From contig JAFUXB010000004.1 in assembly GCA_017477255.1 (NCBI GenBank), positions 81,132-145,131 of the forward strand: a stretch of DNA of 64,000 nt, given 5' to 3'. The notes below the pieces were generated by a model, which was given only the letters and a program-made list of their open reading frames with translations, was not told where the DNA came from and made no database searches. Below are positions 20,527-31,028 of the stretch, piece by piece. The stretch is from Bacilli bacterium (GTDB lineage Bacteria > Bacillota_I > Bacilli_A > RFN20 > CAG-826). Positions within the stretch are counted from its first letter, which is position 1. The number at the start of each line of letters is the position of its first letter. A program made the translations under genes and the position numbers.

Positions 20527-21495
20527 TTAATTTTCATAAAAAGTTTTATTTTCAGTGATATTTAACAATATATGAGCAGCACTTAAAATTGCATCTGGAC
20601 CACTAGATCCTCTACATTTTAAGCAATATTTTTTAGCACCTAAAAGTATGCCTGCACCCAATGATTCAAAATTATAAATTGACATTAAATGTCCAACAAT
20701 TTGTTTAGAAACCGCCTCGTTCCCGGTTATTTTTCCAAATTTCATAATTTCCATAATGAAATTTTTAGCTGATCCTTCAGTAATTTTTAATAACTGATTT
20801 CCAACAAATCCATCAGCAACTAAGACATCGCAGTTATAATTTAATGCATTGCTTCCTTCAACATTTCCAACAAAATTAATACCTTCTTCATGAGCTAATA
20901 ATTTGTGGGTTTCTTTAATTAATGCATTACCTTTTGTAGGTTCTGTACCATTTGAAAGAAGTGCAACTCTTGGACTTTCAACTTTATAAAGTTTTCTCAT
21001 AAAGTCAGTTCCTAAATGAGCAAATTCAATTAGTTGTTCAGAACCACAATCAATAGAAGCACCAGTATCAACTAAACAAGTGAATTTACCTTGAACAGTT
21101 GTAGGTAAAATTGCTGCTAAAGCAGGTCTTGTTCTTTTTTCATTTAATAAATATCTTAAAGAACCAGCAAGTAAAGCACCAGTATTTCCAGCACAAATTA
21201 ATCCGATTACTTCATCGTTATTTGCACATTCTGCTAATGCTTTAAAAATAGATGCATCTCTTTTTTTAAATAAAGCTTCTTTAATATTATCTAAATTAGT
21301 AATAGTATCATTTGCTTCAATTATTCTTATTCTATCTTTTGGAAAGTCATAACTAGAAATTAATTCTTCTTGACCTACAATAATTAACTTAACGTTTTGA
21401 AATTTTTCAAGTACTAGTTTGCAGCCTTCTAAAATTGCTGTTGGCCCTTTGTCGCTTCCTAAAGTGTCAATAACAATGGTATATGATTTTTCCAT
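20527..21495 (-). CDS. plsX: Phosphate acyltransferase PlsX
   Basis: IDTLGSD, AGNTGA, RPALA, DTGA, NFVGNVEG and VADGFVGN. Confidence 0.92.
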   Translation of the reverse strand: MEKSYTIVIDTLGSDKGPTAILEGCKLVLEKFQNVKLIIVGQEELISSYDFPKDRIRIIEANDTITNLDNIKEALFKKRDASIFKALAECANNDEVIGLICAGNTGALLAGSLRYLLNEKRTRPALAAILPTTVQGKFTCLVDTGASIDCGSEQLIEFAHLGTDFMRKLYKVESPRVALLSNGTEPTKGNALIKETHKLLAHEEGINFVGNVEGSNALNYNCDVLVADGFVGNQLLKITEGSAKNFIMEIMKFGKITGNEAVSKQIVGHLMSIYNFESLGAGILLGAKKYCLKCRGSSGPDAILSAAHILLNITENKTFYEN

Positions 21496-21612
21496 TTTTA
21501 ATCTCCCTCTTTATTTGACCACTATAATTATATATAAAAGAAAGAATAGGTGCAAACTTATAAGGGTTTTATAACTAATATTTGAAATTAATTTGCGAAA
21601 TTTGAATTTTTA

Positions 21613-21640
21613 AAAAATAATTTAGATTTGCAGGGTTTTT
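21613..21640 (+). repeat. 28-bp dispersed repeat (copy 4)
   Basis: AAAAATAATTTAGATTTGCAGGGTTTTT. Confidence 0.7.
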
Positions 21641-21717
21641 GATAAAATAAGCTTTAAAATTCATGTATAAATGAACTAGATTTTAATGTATATTTGCAAA
21701 GACAAGCTATAATATTA

Positions 21718-22728
21718 ATGATGGAATTTAAAGACTTTTTAATTAGTAGAAGGAACGCACTTGGATATTCACAAAATGATATTGCTAGCGCGGTTGGGTA
21801 TAGTGCTCAACTTGTTTCATTGTGGGAGCAAGGTAAAGCTTTTCCAGATTTAAGTGTATGGGGTAAACTTTGCCAAATTTTAAATGTTGATTTAGAAAAT
21901 TTCCTTTACGCTAGAGATTATAAAGTTAATAAAATATGCGATATTTATAAATTTGATGCTAATAGATTTGCTAATAACCTTAAATATTTAAGAAAAAAGA
22001 ACAATTTAACCCAATTGGATTTAGCTAAAATGCTTGAAGTAAACGTAAAAACTGTTGCTTCGCGGGAAAAAGGCACATCTTTACCACAATTATCTAATTT
22101 TTTACATTTATGTTCTACATATGAATATAAAGTTGAAGAATTATATTTTTGTCTTCCTCATAAAGATGAAACAAATAAGAAGCCAATTAAGAAAAAAAGA
22201 GTGTTTTTACCTATATTTTTGCCAATAGTTATTGTTATTAGTTTAGGTGCAGCAACGACAACTGGAGTAGTCACGACTATTCAAAGAAGACAAAAAGCAA
22301 CTCCAATTGAAAATAAAACAGAAAATTCAATTTTATATGATGAACACTATCATTGGTATGTTAATGAAAAGGGTGAAATAGCTCAAAAAGAAGAACATGT
22401 CTTAAAAGAAACTGTTATTGTTGAAGTAAGTTGTGGTTATGAAGGAAAAGTTTTATATGCATGCGAAAAATGTCCATATCATTATCATAAAACTGTTGAA
22501 CCTACTGGTGACCATAATTTTGAAGAAGGTTATAATTTTGATGATGTGGGACACTGGAAAGAGTGTGTAATTTGTGATGCTACAACAGAGTTTGAAGCGC
22601 ATCAGTTTATTGAAATCTCTTATACTGAACCAACCTATGATAATGAAGGAAACTATGAATATCAATGTGAAATTTGTGGTTATCAATATTTTGAACGGAT
22701 TTCACCTTTAGTACCTGAAAATCCATAA
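21718..22728 (+). CDS. Membrane-anchored regulator: two XRE HTH domains, one TM helix and Cys/His-rich external repeats
   Basis: HTH1 SQNDIA...VSLWEQG and HTH2 TQLDLA...VAS(CGG)EKG; TM IFLPIVIVISLGAA; CxxC and HW motifs. Start taken at ATG 21718/21721. Confidence 0.75.
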   Translation: MMEFKDFLISRRNALGYSQNDIASAVGYSAQLVSLWEQGKAFPDLSVWGKLCQILNVDLENFLYARDYKVNKICDIYKFDANRFANNLKYLRKKNNLTQLDLAKMLEVNVKTVASREKGTSLPQLSNFLHLCSTYEYKVEELYFCLPHKDETNKKPIKKKRVFLPIFLPIVIVISLGAATTTGVVTTIQRRQKATPIENKTENSILYDEHYHWYVNEKGEIAQKEEHVLKETVIVEVSCGYEGKVLYACEKCPYHYHKTVEPTGDHNFEEGYNFDDVGHWKECVICDATTEFEAHQFIEISYTEPTYDNEGNYEYQCEICGYQYFERISPLVPENP

Positions 22729-22934
22729 AAATAAATAATTTATTAAAATAAAAATAATAAGGGTAGATCCTTATTTTTTTAATTTTATATGTAAAATATC
22801 AAATATCCGTTTGTTTTGAGTAAAAACCGGTTTGTTTGTTTCGTTTTTTGATACATTCAATAAATAATATAAATGCTAGCACATATCATTAATAACGTTA
22901 TTGATGAACTTTTAAATATCAATAAGGGGAAATT

Positions 22935-23153
22935 ATGAGATTAAACAAATCGCAAGCATTATTATTTATTTATGAAACTTTAATGAAAAATAGAAGAATC
23001 ACAAAATCTGAGGTTCAAGATGTTTTAGACATACCTGATTTAACGTTTAGACGTTATATGCAAGAAATAAGAGCGTATTTATATAACTTTTATAAAACAG
23101 AAGAACTAAAATATTCGAAAAAATGTGGTTATTATTATTTAACTGAGGAATAA
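22935..23153 (+). CDS. Small winged-HTH protein
   Basis: ITKSEVQDVLDIPDLTFRRYMQEIR resembles an HTH_11/WYL-associated N-terminal HTH; RBS GGGGA upstream. Confidence 0.55.
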   Translation: MRLNKSQALLFIYETLMKNRRITKSEVQDVLDIPDLTFRRYMQEIRAYLYNFYKTEELKYSKKCGYYYLTEE

Positions 23154-23181
23154 GCGTTAAAAAACGCTTATTTTTTTATTT

Positions 23182-25656
23182 ATGAGTCTCGTTAGGATTA
23201 AAAATTTAGTTAAAATTTACAAAACTAAAAACAATGAAGAAAAAGCTTTAGATATAGATAATTTATCTTTTCCTAAAACTGGTATGTTTTTTATATCTGG
23301 AAATAGTGGATCAGGTAAATCAACTTTAATTAATCTTTTAGGTGGTCTTGATTCAATTACTAGCGGCTCAATCGAAGTAAACGGACTTAAGTTAGAAGAA
23401 TTAAATGAGAACGAATTAAACAAATATAGATCAAGTATTGTTTCTTTTGTTTTCCAAGATTTTTATCTATTAGAACAATTAACAGTTTATGAAAATGTAA
23501 CTTTTTTACTTTCTAAAGACGAAGAAAATAATATTGATGTAGATAAGCTTTTAAAAGATATTGGTCTTTATGAACATAAAGATAAAAAACCAAGTCAATT
23601 AAGTGGTGGTCAAAAACAAAGAGTAGCTATTGCTAGAGGCGTAGCAAAATCACCAAAAATTTTACTTTGTGATGAACCAACTGGAAATTTAGATAAAGTA
23701 AATTCTAAAAAAATACTTGAGATTTTGAAGGTTTTATCTCAAAAAATACTAGTTATTGTAGTTTCACATAAAGAAGAAGAGTGCAATGAATTTGCTGATC
23801 ACATTATTTATTTAGATAATGGAAAAATAAGTAACGCACCTCATGACGACGAAGAAACTTTTGAAAAATGCAAATTAGTTAAAAATAAAATTCCGCCTAA
23901 AAATTTATTTAAATTATTTAAATCATTTTTATTTAATAAAAGATGGAATTCAATTTTTACAATTGTTTTAGTAACTGTTTTAGGAGCTTTATTTTTCGAT
24001 ATACAAGGCTTTTTAAAATTTAATATTAATGAAACTTTAAAAGATGAATTTAATAAAAATGGAGTTAATCAAGTTCAGCTTTTAAGTGGTGATATTACGA
24101 CAAATTATTATAAGATTGGAAATTTTAGCTTAAAAGAAATTGATGATATTAGTAAATCATTAACAAATAACAAAGCATATCCAGTTTATTCTCAAGCTTT
24201 TTTAATTAATCAAAGAAGTAGAGCGCTTCCTTATATGGATAATAATTTATATTATCCTTATGGATCTGTTAAAGGCGACACAATTGGTCTAAGACTTAGT
24301 GAAACTTATGGCACTTTAGTTGCTGATGAAGAATATTTAGAAGCTAAATTTGGACTTAATGGTAAATATGAAGTTTTAGCTGGTGATATAGAAAAATGTA
24401 AAAATGAGGATTATTTAATTGCAACAGATTTTTTTGCTGATTCTGTAATGTATTTAAATGAATTAAATAGTTATGAAGAAGTTTTAGGACCATATTATCA
24501 AAAAATCAATGTTGATAAAGGAATGTTTGGGAAAATTGGAGCAATAATAAAAACAGATTATAAAGAAAAATATAAAGATTTATTAAAAAAGAATGAAAAT
24601 ACAATGTCTTTTTCAAAAATGGATTTAAAAGACATGGAATTTATTAAGTTTTCTAATGATATACAAACTAGACTTGGACTAACTTATTCTTTAAATCCAA
24701 ATTATCAAAAATATATTGATGAAGGTATTTTAAGTAATTATTTTAGTTTCATGGGTATAGCTTATGAAAATAAAGAAAAAGATATCTTTTTTCAAAGTGT
24801 AAGTGCACAAAATAGAACAACAATAGGAATTGGCGAAAAAAGAAATATGCCTAAAAATACTGCAGTTATTCTTGCCCAAACTTATAACAAGTATTTTGAA
24901 AAGAATTATCCAACGACTTCAAAAATGACTCCTTTAAAAGAAGAAGACCAAGTTTATTTAAACTTTATTAAATATAAACACAATGATCCTACAAAAGAAA
25001 TTATATGGCAAAAAGAATTTAAAATTATTGGAGTGAGTTCATGCACTTCAATTGATGTAGATTCTTTTAAAGAAATGCAAAAATATGATATTGAACCTTT
25101 CCAAATTGCTTTTAAAAATAATAACGATTTAAGTAAAATCATTGATATTGCAGCCTCTAATCCAAAAATTAACGTAAATCTTCCTTCAAGTTTATCTGTT
25201 AACCAAATTGGTAAATTAGTAGATTCATTCGTTGATTTATTTAAGATTTTACAAGTTTTAGTTATTTTATTAGTTATTGTTTTTTATTTTAACTATAGCA
25301 TTAAAGCAATTACTTCAAACACTTATGAAATAGGAGTAATGAAAGCTTTAGGAGCAAGTGATAAAGAATTAAGTTCTATATTTATATTAAAAGGACTAGT
25401 TGTTTCTATTTTAGGAGTTTTAGGATCACTTGCTTTAGGAGCGCTAATTATTCCTTATACTGATAAAGTATTAGTTAATTCTTTAACAAGTTTTATAAGT
25501 GGATTTAATTTTAAAGGAACAATTATTAAATTTATTCCTAATTTAATAGCTATTGATTTAGGAATTTTACTTGTTGCAACTACCTTACTTTCAATAATTG
25601 CATTAATATTATTTAAGTTTATAAAGCCTATTAAAATAATAAAATCTAAAGATTAA
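23182..25656 (+). CDS. Fused ABC transporter ATPase/FtsX-type permease (MacB-like)
   Basis: GNSGSGKS, LSGGQKQR, DEPTGNLD, and C-terminal EIGVMKALGA with TM helices. Confidence 0.88.
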   Translation: MSLVRIKNLVKIYKTKNNEEKALDIDNLSFPKTGMFFISGNSGSGKSTLINLLGGLDSITSGSIEVNGLKLEELNENELNKYRSSIVSFVFQDFYLLEQLTVYENVTFLLSKDEENNIDVDKLLKDIGLYEHKDKKPSQLSGGQKQRVAIARGVAKSPKILLCDEPTGNLDKVNSKKILEILKVLSQKILVIVVSHKEEECNEFADHIIYLDNGKISNAPHDDEETFEKCKLVKNKIPPKNLFKLFKSFLFNKRWNSIFTIVLVTVLGALFFDIQGFLKFNINETLKDEFNKNGVNQVQLLSGDITTNYYKIGNFSLKEIDDISKSLTNNKAYPVYSQAFLINQRSRALPYMDNNLYYPYGSVKGDTIGLRLSETYGTLVADEEYLEAKFGLNGKYEVLAGDIEKCKNEDYLIATDFFADSVMYLNELNSYEEVLGPYYQKINVDKGMFGKIGAIIKTDYKEKYKDLLKKNENTMSFSKMDLKDMEFIKFSNDIQTRLGLTYSLNPNYQKYIDEGILSNYFSFMGIAYENKEKDIFFQSVSAQNRTTIGIGEKRNMPKNTAVILAQTYNKYFEKNYPTTSKMTPLKEEDQVYLNFIKYKHNDPTKEIIWQKEFKIIGVSSCTSIDVDSFKEMQKYDIEPFQIAFKNNNDLSKIIDIAASNPKINVNLPSSLSVNQIGKLVDSFVDLFKILQVLVILLVIVFYFNYSIKAITSNTYEIGVMKALGASDKELSSIFILKGLVVSILGVLGSLALGALIIPYTDKVLVNSLTSFISGFNFKGTIIKFIPNLIAIDLGILLVATTLLSIIALILFKFIKPIKIIKSKD

Positions 25657-25668
25657 AACATATCAAAA

Positions 25669-25783
25669 TGTTGGAAAACCGTATAAAAACTGGTCAAAAA
25701 ATGTTGGAAAACCGTATATTTTTGGCTCAATTTTTGTTGGAAAACCGTATAAAAACTGGTCAAAAAATGTTGGAAAACCGTAT
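25669..25783 (+). repeat. Array of four 16-bp direct repeats with an exact 33-bp period
   Basis: TGTTGGAAAACCGTAT at 25669, 25702, 25735 and 25768. Spacers are 17 bp and spacer 1 equals spacer 3. Confidence 0.95.
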
Positions 25784-25830
25784 TTTATTATGTATAATAA
25801 TAATGAATTCATATTATAGAGGTTTTATTA

Positions 25831-27144
25831 ATGTATAGGAAAATATCAGAATACATCGAAGAATATTTAAAAAGTGACGATAATAAAATATTATGTATTG
25901 AGGGTGCAAGACAAGTCGGTAAAACATATTCAATTCGTGAAATTGCAAAAAAGCATTTTAAAAATTACATAGAACTTAATATGACCGAAGATAAAAAAGA
26001 TAAAAAACTTTTTGAAAAAGTAGGAACTGTTAAAGAATTTTATATACAAGTTAGTGTAGTTGCAGGCGACAAATTAAATAATAGAAATGACACTGTTATA
26101 TTTATCGATGAAATACAAGAATATCCTAAGCTTTTTTCTTTGTTAAAACCTTTAGCAGAAGATAATAGATTTAAATATATTTGTAGTGGATCTGAACTTG
26201 GCATTGCGTTGTCTAGTGAATTTTTATCACCAATGGGATACGTAACAATAAAAAGAATGTATCCAATGGATTTTGAAGAGTTTTTAATTGCAAACTCGGT
26301 TGGTTCTATGGCAATTAACCATTTAAAAGAATGCTATGATAATAAAAAATCTGTTAATCTTTCTTTGCATCAAAAAATATTGGAATTATTCAAAACATAT
26401 TTATATGTTGGTGGTATGCCTAGTTGTGTGGATTCTTTTATAAAATTTCAAAATGTAGCTAAAATTAAAGATATTCAGGATGAAATAATTGAGTATTACT
26501 CAAATGATGCATCAAAATATGATAGAGTAAGTAATTTAGTTATAAAAAGAATTTACGACTTAATTCCATCCAATATTGAAAACAAAGTAAAAAGAATTCA
26601 AATAAGTTCAATAGAAAATAAAAAAGATGCAAGATTTGAAAGATACCAAAATGAGTTTGATTATTTGCTTACATCTGGCATTTCTCTTGGGGTTAAAGCT
26701 ATTAGTGAGCCAAGATTTCCTCTTATTCAGTCAACTACAAAAAATTCAATTAAACTTTATATGAATGATGTTGGTTTATTAACTGATAAACTTTATAAAA
26801 ATAATATAAACGCAATTCTTAATGAAGAATCTGGGGTTAATTTAGGAGCAGTATACGAGACAGTTGTCGCTCAAGAATTAAAATGCCATGGCCATGATTT
26901 ATATTATTATGATAGGAAAAAAGTAGGTGAAGTCGACTTTATAATTAATGATTATGATAATTTGTGTCCTCTACCTATTGAAATTAAATCTGGTAAAGAT
27001 TATCGAAACTTTAGAGCATTACCAAAATTATTAAATAGCGATGAATATAGAATTAAAAAAGGTTATGTTTTAAGTAATAAAAATGAAGTTTTAGTAGAAG
27101 GTAAAATTGTTTATATGCCTATCTATTTCGTTATGTTTTTATAA
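25831..27144 (+). CDS. AAA_14 ATPase with DUF4143 (C-terminal PD-(D/E)xK-like domain)
   Basis: GARQVGKT, FIDEIQ, SGS, YPMDFEEFL, GGMP, KLYMNDVGL and EVDF...PIEIKSG. Confidence 0.9.
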   Translation: MYRKISEYIEEYLKSDDNKILCIEGARQVGKTYSIREIAKKHFKNYIELNMTEDKKDKKLFEKVGTVKEFYIQVSVVAGDKLNNRNDTVIFIDEIQEYPKLFSLLKPLAEDNRFKYICSGSELGIALSSEFLSPMGYVTIKRMYPMDFEEFLIANSVGSMAINHLKECYDNKKSVNLSLHQKILELFKTYLYVGGMPSCVDSFIKFQNVAKIKDIQDEIIEYYSNDASKYDRVSNLVIKRIYDLIPSNIENKVKRIQISSIENKKDARFERYQNEFDYLLTSGISLGVKAISEPRFPLIQSTTKNSIKLYMNDVGLLTDKLYKNNINAILNEESGVNLGAVYETVVAQELKCHGHDLYYYDRKKVGEVDFIINDYDNLCPLPIEIKSGKDYRNFRALPKLLNSDEYRIKKGYVLSNKNEVLVEGKIVYMPIYFVMFL

Positions 27145-27165
27145 TTAAAGATAGGAGATGTGTTT

Positions 27166-28281
27166 ATGGCGAAATTTTTCGAACTTAATGAACAAAAATT
27201 TGGTTTTGGTTGTATGAGACTTCCTTTAATTGAAAAAGAAGTCGATATAGAACAATTTAAAAAGATGGTAGATCTTTTTATCGAAAAAGGTTTTATATAT
27301 TTTGATACTGCTCACGGTTATTTAGGTGGAAGAAGTGAATTAGCTTTAAAAGAAGCATTAACTAGTAGATATCCTCGTGATAAATATTTATTAACAGATA
27401 AATTAACAGGTAATTTTTTTAATAAAGAAGAAGATATTCGCCCTTTATTTGAAGAACAATTAAAAGCTTGTGGTGTTGATTATTTTGATTTTTATTTAAT
27501 GCATGCTCAAAATGCATCAAATTACGAACAATTTAAAAGATGTAGAGCTTATGAAATTGCTAGTGAACTTAAAAAAGAAGGAAAAGTAAAACATGTTGGT
27601 ATTTCTTTCCATGACACTGCTGATGTATTAGAAAAAATATTAAGAGAAAATCCTCAAGTAGAAGTAGTTCAAATTCAATATAATTACTTGGATTATGATG
27701 ATGTAGCCGTTCAATCTAAAAAATGTTATGACGTTTGTGTTAAATATAATAAACCAGTAATTATAATGGAACCTATTAAAGGTGGAAATTTAATTAAACT
27801 TCCAGGAATGGCAAAAGAAGTTTTAGAAGAACAAGGAATTACTCCTCAAAATTTAGCATTAAGATTTGCTGCAAGTCCTGAAAATGTAATGATGGTTTTA
27901 TCTGGAATGTCTACTTTAGAACAAATGGAAGATAATTTATCTTTTATGAAAGATTTTAAACCTATTACTGAAGAAGAATTTAAATTAACTAGAAAAATAG
28001 TAGAAATATTTAGAGGGCAACACCTAATTGCATGTACTGCTTGTAGATATTGCATTGATGGTTGTCCTAAACATATTTCTATTCCTGATTTATTTGCTCT
28101 TTTAAATTCAAAAAGAGTATTTAATGATTGGAATGCTAATTTTTATTATAATAACGTCCACACTATAAATAATGGAAAAGCTAGTGATTGTATTAAATGT
28201 GGAAAATGCGAAAGAGTATGTCCACAAAAATTACACATTAGAGATTTACTTGTAGAAGTTGCTAAAGAATTTGAAAAATAG
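27166..28281 (+). CDS. Aldo/keto reductase with C-terminal 4Fe-4S dicluster
   Basis: GFGCMRLP, YFDTAHGY, MEPIKGG, CTACRYC and CIKCGKCERVCPQ. Confidence 0.92.
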   Translation: MAKFFELNEQKFGFGCMRLPLIEKEVDIEQFKKMVDLFIEKGFIYFDTAHGYLGGRSELALKEALTSRYPRDKYLLTDKLTGNFFNKEEDIRPLFEEQLKACGVDYFDFYLMHAQNASNYEQFKRCRAYEIASELKKEGKVKHVGISFHDTADVLEKILRENPQVEVVQIQYNYLDYDDVAVQSKKCYDVCVKYNKPVIIMEPIKGGNLIKLPGMAKEVLEEQGITPQNLALRFAASPENVMMVLSGMSTLEQMEDNLSFMKDFKPITEEEFKLTRKIVEIFRGQHLIACTACRYCIDGCPKHISIPDLFALLNSKRVFNDWNANFYYNNVHTINNGKASDCIKCGKCERVCPQKLHIRDLLVEVAKEFEK

Positions 28282-28301
28282 TTGAGTTCTGCAGGGTTTT
28301 T
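28274..28301 (+). repeat. 28-bp dispersed repeat (copy 5), overlapping the stop codon
   Basis: AAAAATAGTTGAGTTCTGCAGGGTTTTT; its TAG is the stop of the aldo/keto reductase. Confidence 0.8.
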
Positions 28302-28316
28302 GATAAAAAACATAAG

Positions 28317-28345
28317 AAAAAGGCACAAATTAATTGTGCCTTTTT
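28317..28345. terminator. Bidirectional terminator between convergent genes
   Basis: AAAAAGGCACAA-ATTAA-TTGTGCCTTTTT. Confidence 0.8.
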
Positions 28346-28361
28346 AAGTGGATAATTTAAC

Positions 28362-31016
28362 TTAATAAGTCCAATAATATTTATTAAATGTATAAGTTAC
28401 AGTTGTTGAATATGAATGATGCCACTTATTATCTTCCCAAGTAGGAAGGATGCTAGAAGCATCAGTTTCAACACGAATTCTTCTTCTAGTATAAATTGCT
28501 TCCTCTCCTAAATTAATTAAAGTTTTAGGCATTTGGAGAGTTAAATCATATTTACCATAATCAATTGAGTTAGAATCATTAATTGCTCTAGAATTAAGAG
28601 TTGTTAATGTATTATCAAAGAATATATTAGTTACATAACTCATTCTATAAATTGCATCTTTTTCAATTCTTTCAACATTTAAAAATTTTAAGGCTTTAAC
28701 GTGACCAATTTCATTATAAGCATAAGGTGCAATTATTTTTGCATCTAAAACAACTGTGTAATAAGAAGTTGTTCCATCTGTTTCTTCTGTATAACCTTGG
28801 TCATAACATTTATAAAGAATATCTAAATCTTTTCTTTTAATAATATAATCATTTGGTTTAATAAATACTTTATTTTCACTATTTACAGTAATTGTATTAG
28901 TGTTAGAAGTAAATGCACTATCTTCAATTCCTATTACTGTATCAGCAATATTAGTAAATGTATTTTTTAATAGATAAACAGTTTTATCTTCAACATTTTT
29001 AAGTTCTGAAGCATTTGTAGCAAGTTTAGTTCCAGTAAATACATTTAAACCAACTTTAGTTAAAGTAGTAGGTAAAGCAACAGCTGAAGCTAAATTTGTA
29101 ACACCAGCAAAAGCTTCAGTATCAATACATTTTAATTTTTGGTCTTCGTAATCATTATTTAATCCATAACCATAATTAAAATCTACTTTAGTTAATGTTG
29201 AATTAGTAAATGCACCTTTAGCAATAAATTCAACTCCATAATCAACTTCTAAAGTTTTAGAAGTAGCTGATTCAGGATTATTTTGTTTATAAATGATCAT
29301 TGATCTTTTTGTTTCATTTCCTAAACAATATAAGCTAGGTCCCATATTTGAAACATAATATCCATCAATATTATTGGTACCATCGAGCATTTCAAGTCCA
29401 TATTCTTCAATATTTATATCATCACCTGTTCCAAAAGTTAATTTCTTTAATCCTGGCATATTTGCAAAGCATCTATTACCTAATTTTTTAACTTCATCAA
29501 GAATAAATAATTCTTGAACACCTTCGCAACCTTCAAATGCTGATTCTCCTATTTCAGTAGTAGGATTTGTAGGATTATTAATAAATGAAACTGATCTTAA
29601 ATTTTTAGCATTTTTAAATGCGTCTTTTTTGATATTTCCTCCATCAATAACGATTGAATGCATTGTTTCACTAACATATTCTTCTCCACCAAATAGTTTT
29701 GAAGTAGAAGTTAATAAATCGCCACTAATAACAAGTGTTTTAAGGTGGTTACAGTTTAATGCACCATCTCTAATTGTTTCTAAATTATCATTAGTTAAAT
29801 CTAAAATTGTATTAAATGATTGAACGACGTAAATAAGTTCAGTGTCATTTCCAATAAGTTTGTAATCATTTAAAATTTTAAAGTGAGTATTTTTAGTGCT
29901 TACCATTACTTTAGTGATATTTTCACAACCAAAGAAGACATTATTTCCGATATATTCTATAGTTTCTGGAATATAAATTGAATTCATTTGCGTGTTATCT
30001 TTAAATGCTTCATCTTTAATTCCTATAACTGGTCTTCCTTCAAATTCACTAGGAATTACAATATTTTTATCATCACCATAGAATTTTTTAACATAGAATG
30101 AAGCGTTTTCTGGTTGAATTTCAAATACGAAGCCTTTGTTTCTATAAGTTGGAGCATAATTTTCAACAAATACTGCAGTATAAGTTACTTCACCTTTAAC
30201 TTCAGTTAATGGTTTGTCCCAACCTAAAAATTCATAAGTTGTAGTAGCAGTTCCTGGTTTTTCTGGAGTAATTCCAGTGTATAGAGGAATTTCGCCATAT
30301 AAAACTTCTTCTGATTGAAGAACTTGACCATCATAATTTATGAAAGTAACTTTATATTTTCTTGTTACTTGTTTATATGTTGCAGTAAAAGTTGTATTAA
30401 CTTGAATATTTTCTAAAGGTTTATCCCATCCAGTAAATTCATAATTATATTGTTCATTTGATGGTTTAGTTGGAGTAGAACCTAAATAAACTGCATTTTT
30501 ACCTTTATTTATTTCAGCTCTATAAAGTTCGGTGCCATCGAAGTTTTTAAATATAACTAAAACAGTTTCTATAGTAGGATCTATTGGATCTACTTCAGGA
30601 ATTTCTTTAAAAATTACATCAACAATATTTTCACCTTCAACTAAATTAAATTCATAAGGAGCAGCTAAAGGTACACTATTGAGTCTAACTTCCTCAATTA
30701 AATAATTTTCTTTAGGAGTAATAGTTAAAGTAATTTTATCTCCAACAAGACCTTCTAAAGTGTTTGCTGTAACACTTCCCTCATCATGATTAAAGTTTAA
30801 AATAACTTTTCCTTTTAATTCTTCTGGAGCACTGTCTTTATCTTTAACACTACCCTTATTTTCAGTAGAACCATCGCTATAAACAACGATTAATTCTTTA
30901 TTTTCGTTAATATATGTATCTGTAATATATCTAGGATTATTTTTCTTACAAGAAAAAGACATAGAAGAAATTAAGCTTAATCCAATTAAAACTAATAATT
31001 TTTTAAAGTGTTTCAT
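28362..31016 (-). CDS. BspA-like LRR_5 surface lipoprotein with InlB B-repeat-like domains
   Basis: Lipobox SFSC; YEFTGWDK and YEFLGWDK repeats; IVIPSEFEGRPV and IGESAFEGC LRRs. Confidence 0.85.
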   Translation of the reverse strand: MKHFKKLLVLIGLSLISSMSFSCKKNNPRYITDTYINENKELIVVYSDGSTENKGSVKDKDSAPEELKGKVILNFNHDEGSVTANTLEGLVGDKITLTITPKENYLIEEVRLNSVPLAAPYEFNLVEGENIVDVIFKEIPEVDPIDPTIETVLVIFKNFDGTELYRAEINKGKNAVYLGSTPTKPSNEQYNYEFTGWDKPLENIQVNTTFTATYKQVTRKYKVTFINYDGQVLQSEEVLYGEIPLYTGITPEKPGTATTTYEFLGWDKPLTEVKGEVTYTAVFVENYAPTYRNKGFVFEIQPENASFYVKKFYGDDKNIVIPSEFEGRPVIGIKDEAFKDNTQMNSIYIPETIEYIGNNVFFGCENITKVMVSTKNTHFKILNDYKLIGNDTELIYVVQSFNTILDLTNDNLETIRDGALNCNHLKTLVISGDLLTSTSKLFGGEEYVSETMHSIVIDGGNIKKDAFKNAKNLRSVSFINNPTNPTTEIGESAFEGCEGVQELFILDEVKKLGNRCFANMPGLKKLTFGTGDDINIEEYGLEMLDGTNNIDGYYVSNMGPSLYCLGNETKRSMIIYKQNNPESATSKTLEVDYGVEFIAKGAFTNSTLTKVDFNYGYGLNNDYEDQKLKCIDTEAFAGVTNLASAVALPTTLTKVGLNVFTGTKLATNASELKNVEDKTVYLLKNTFTNIADTVIGIEDSAFTSNTNTITVNSENKVFIKPNDYIIKRKDLDILYKCYDQGYTEETDGTTSYYTVVLDAKIIAPYAYNEIGHVKALKFLNVERIEKDAIYRMSYVTNIFFDNTLTTLNSRAINDSNSIDYGKYDLTLQMPKTLINLGEEAIYTRRRIRVETDASSILPTWEDNKWHHSYSTTVTYTFNKYYWTY

Positions 31017-31028
31017 ATTTATTCCTCC

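Noticed and set aside
25669-25783. CRISPR array
   Set aside because: The 16-bp repeats and 17-bp spacers are too short, spacer 1 equals spacer 3, and there are no cas genes.
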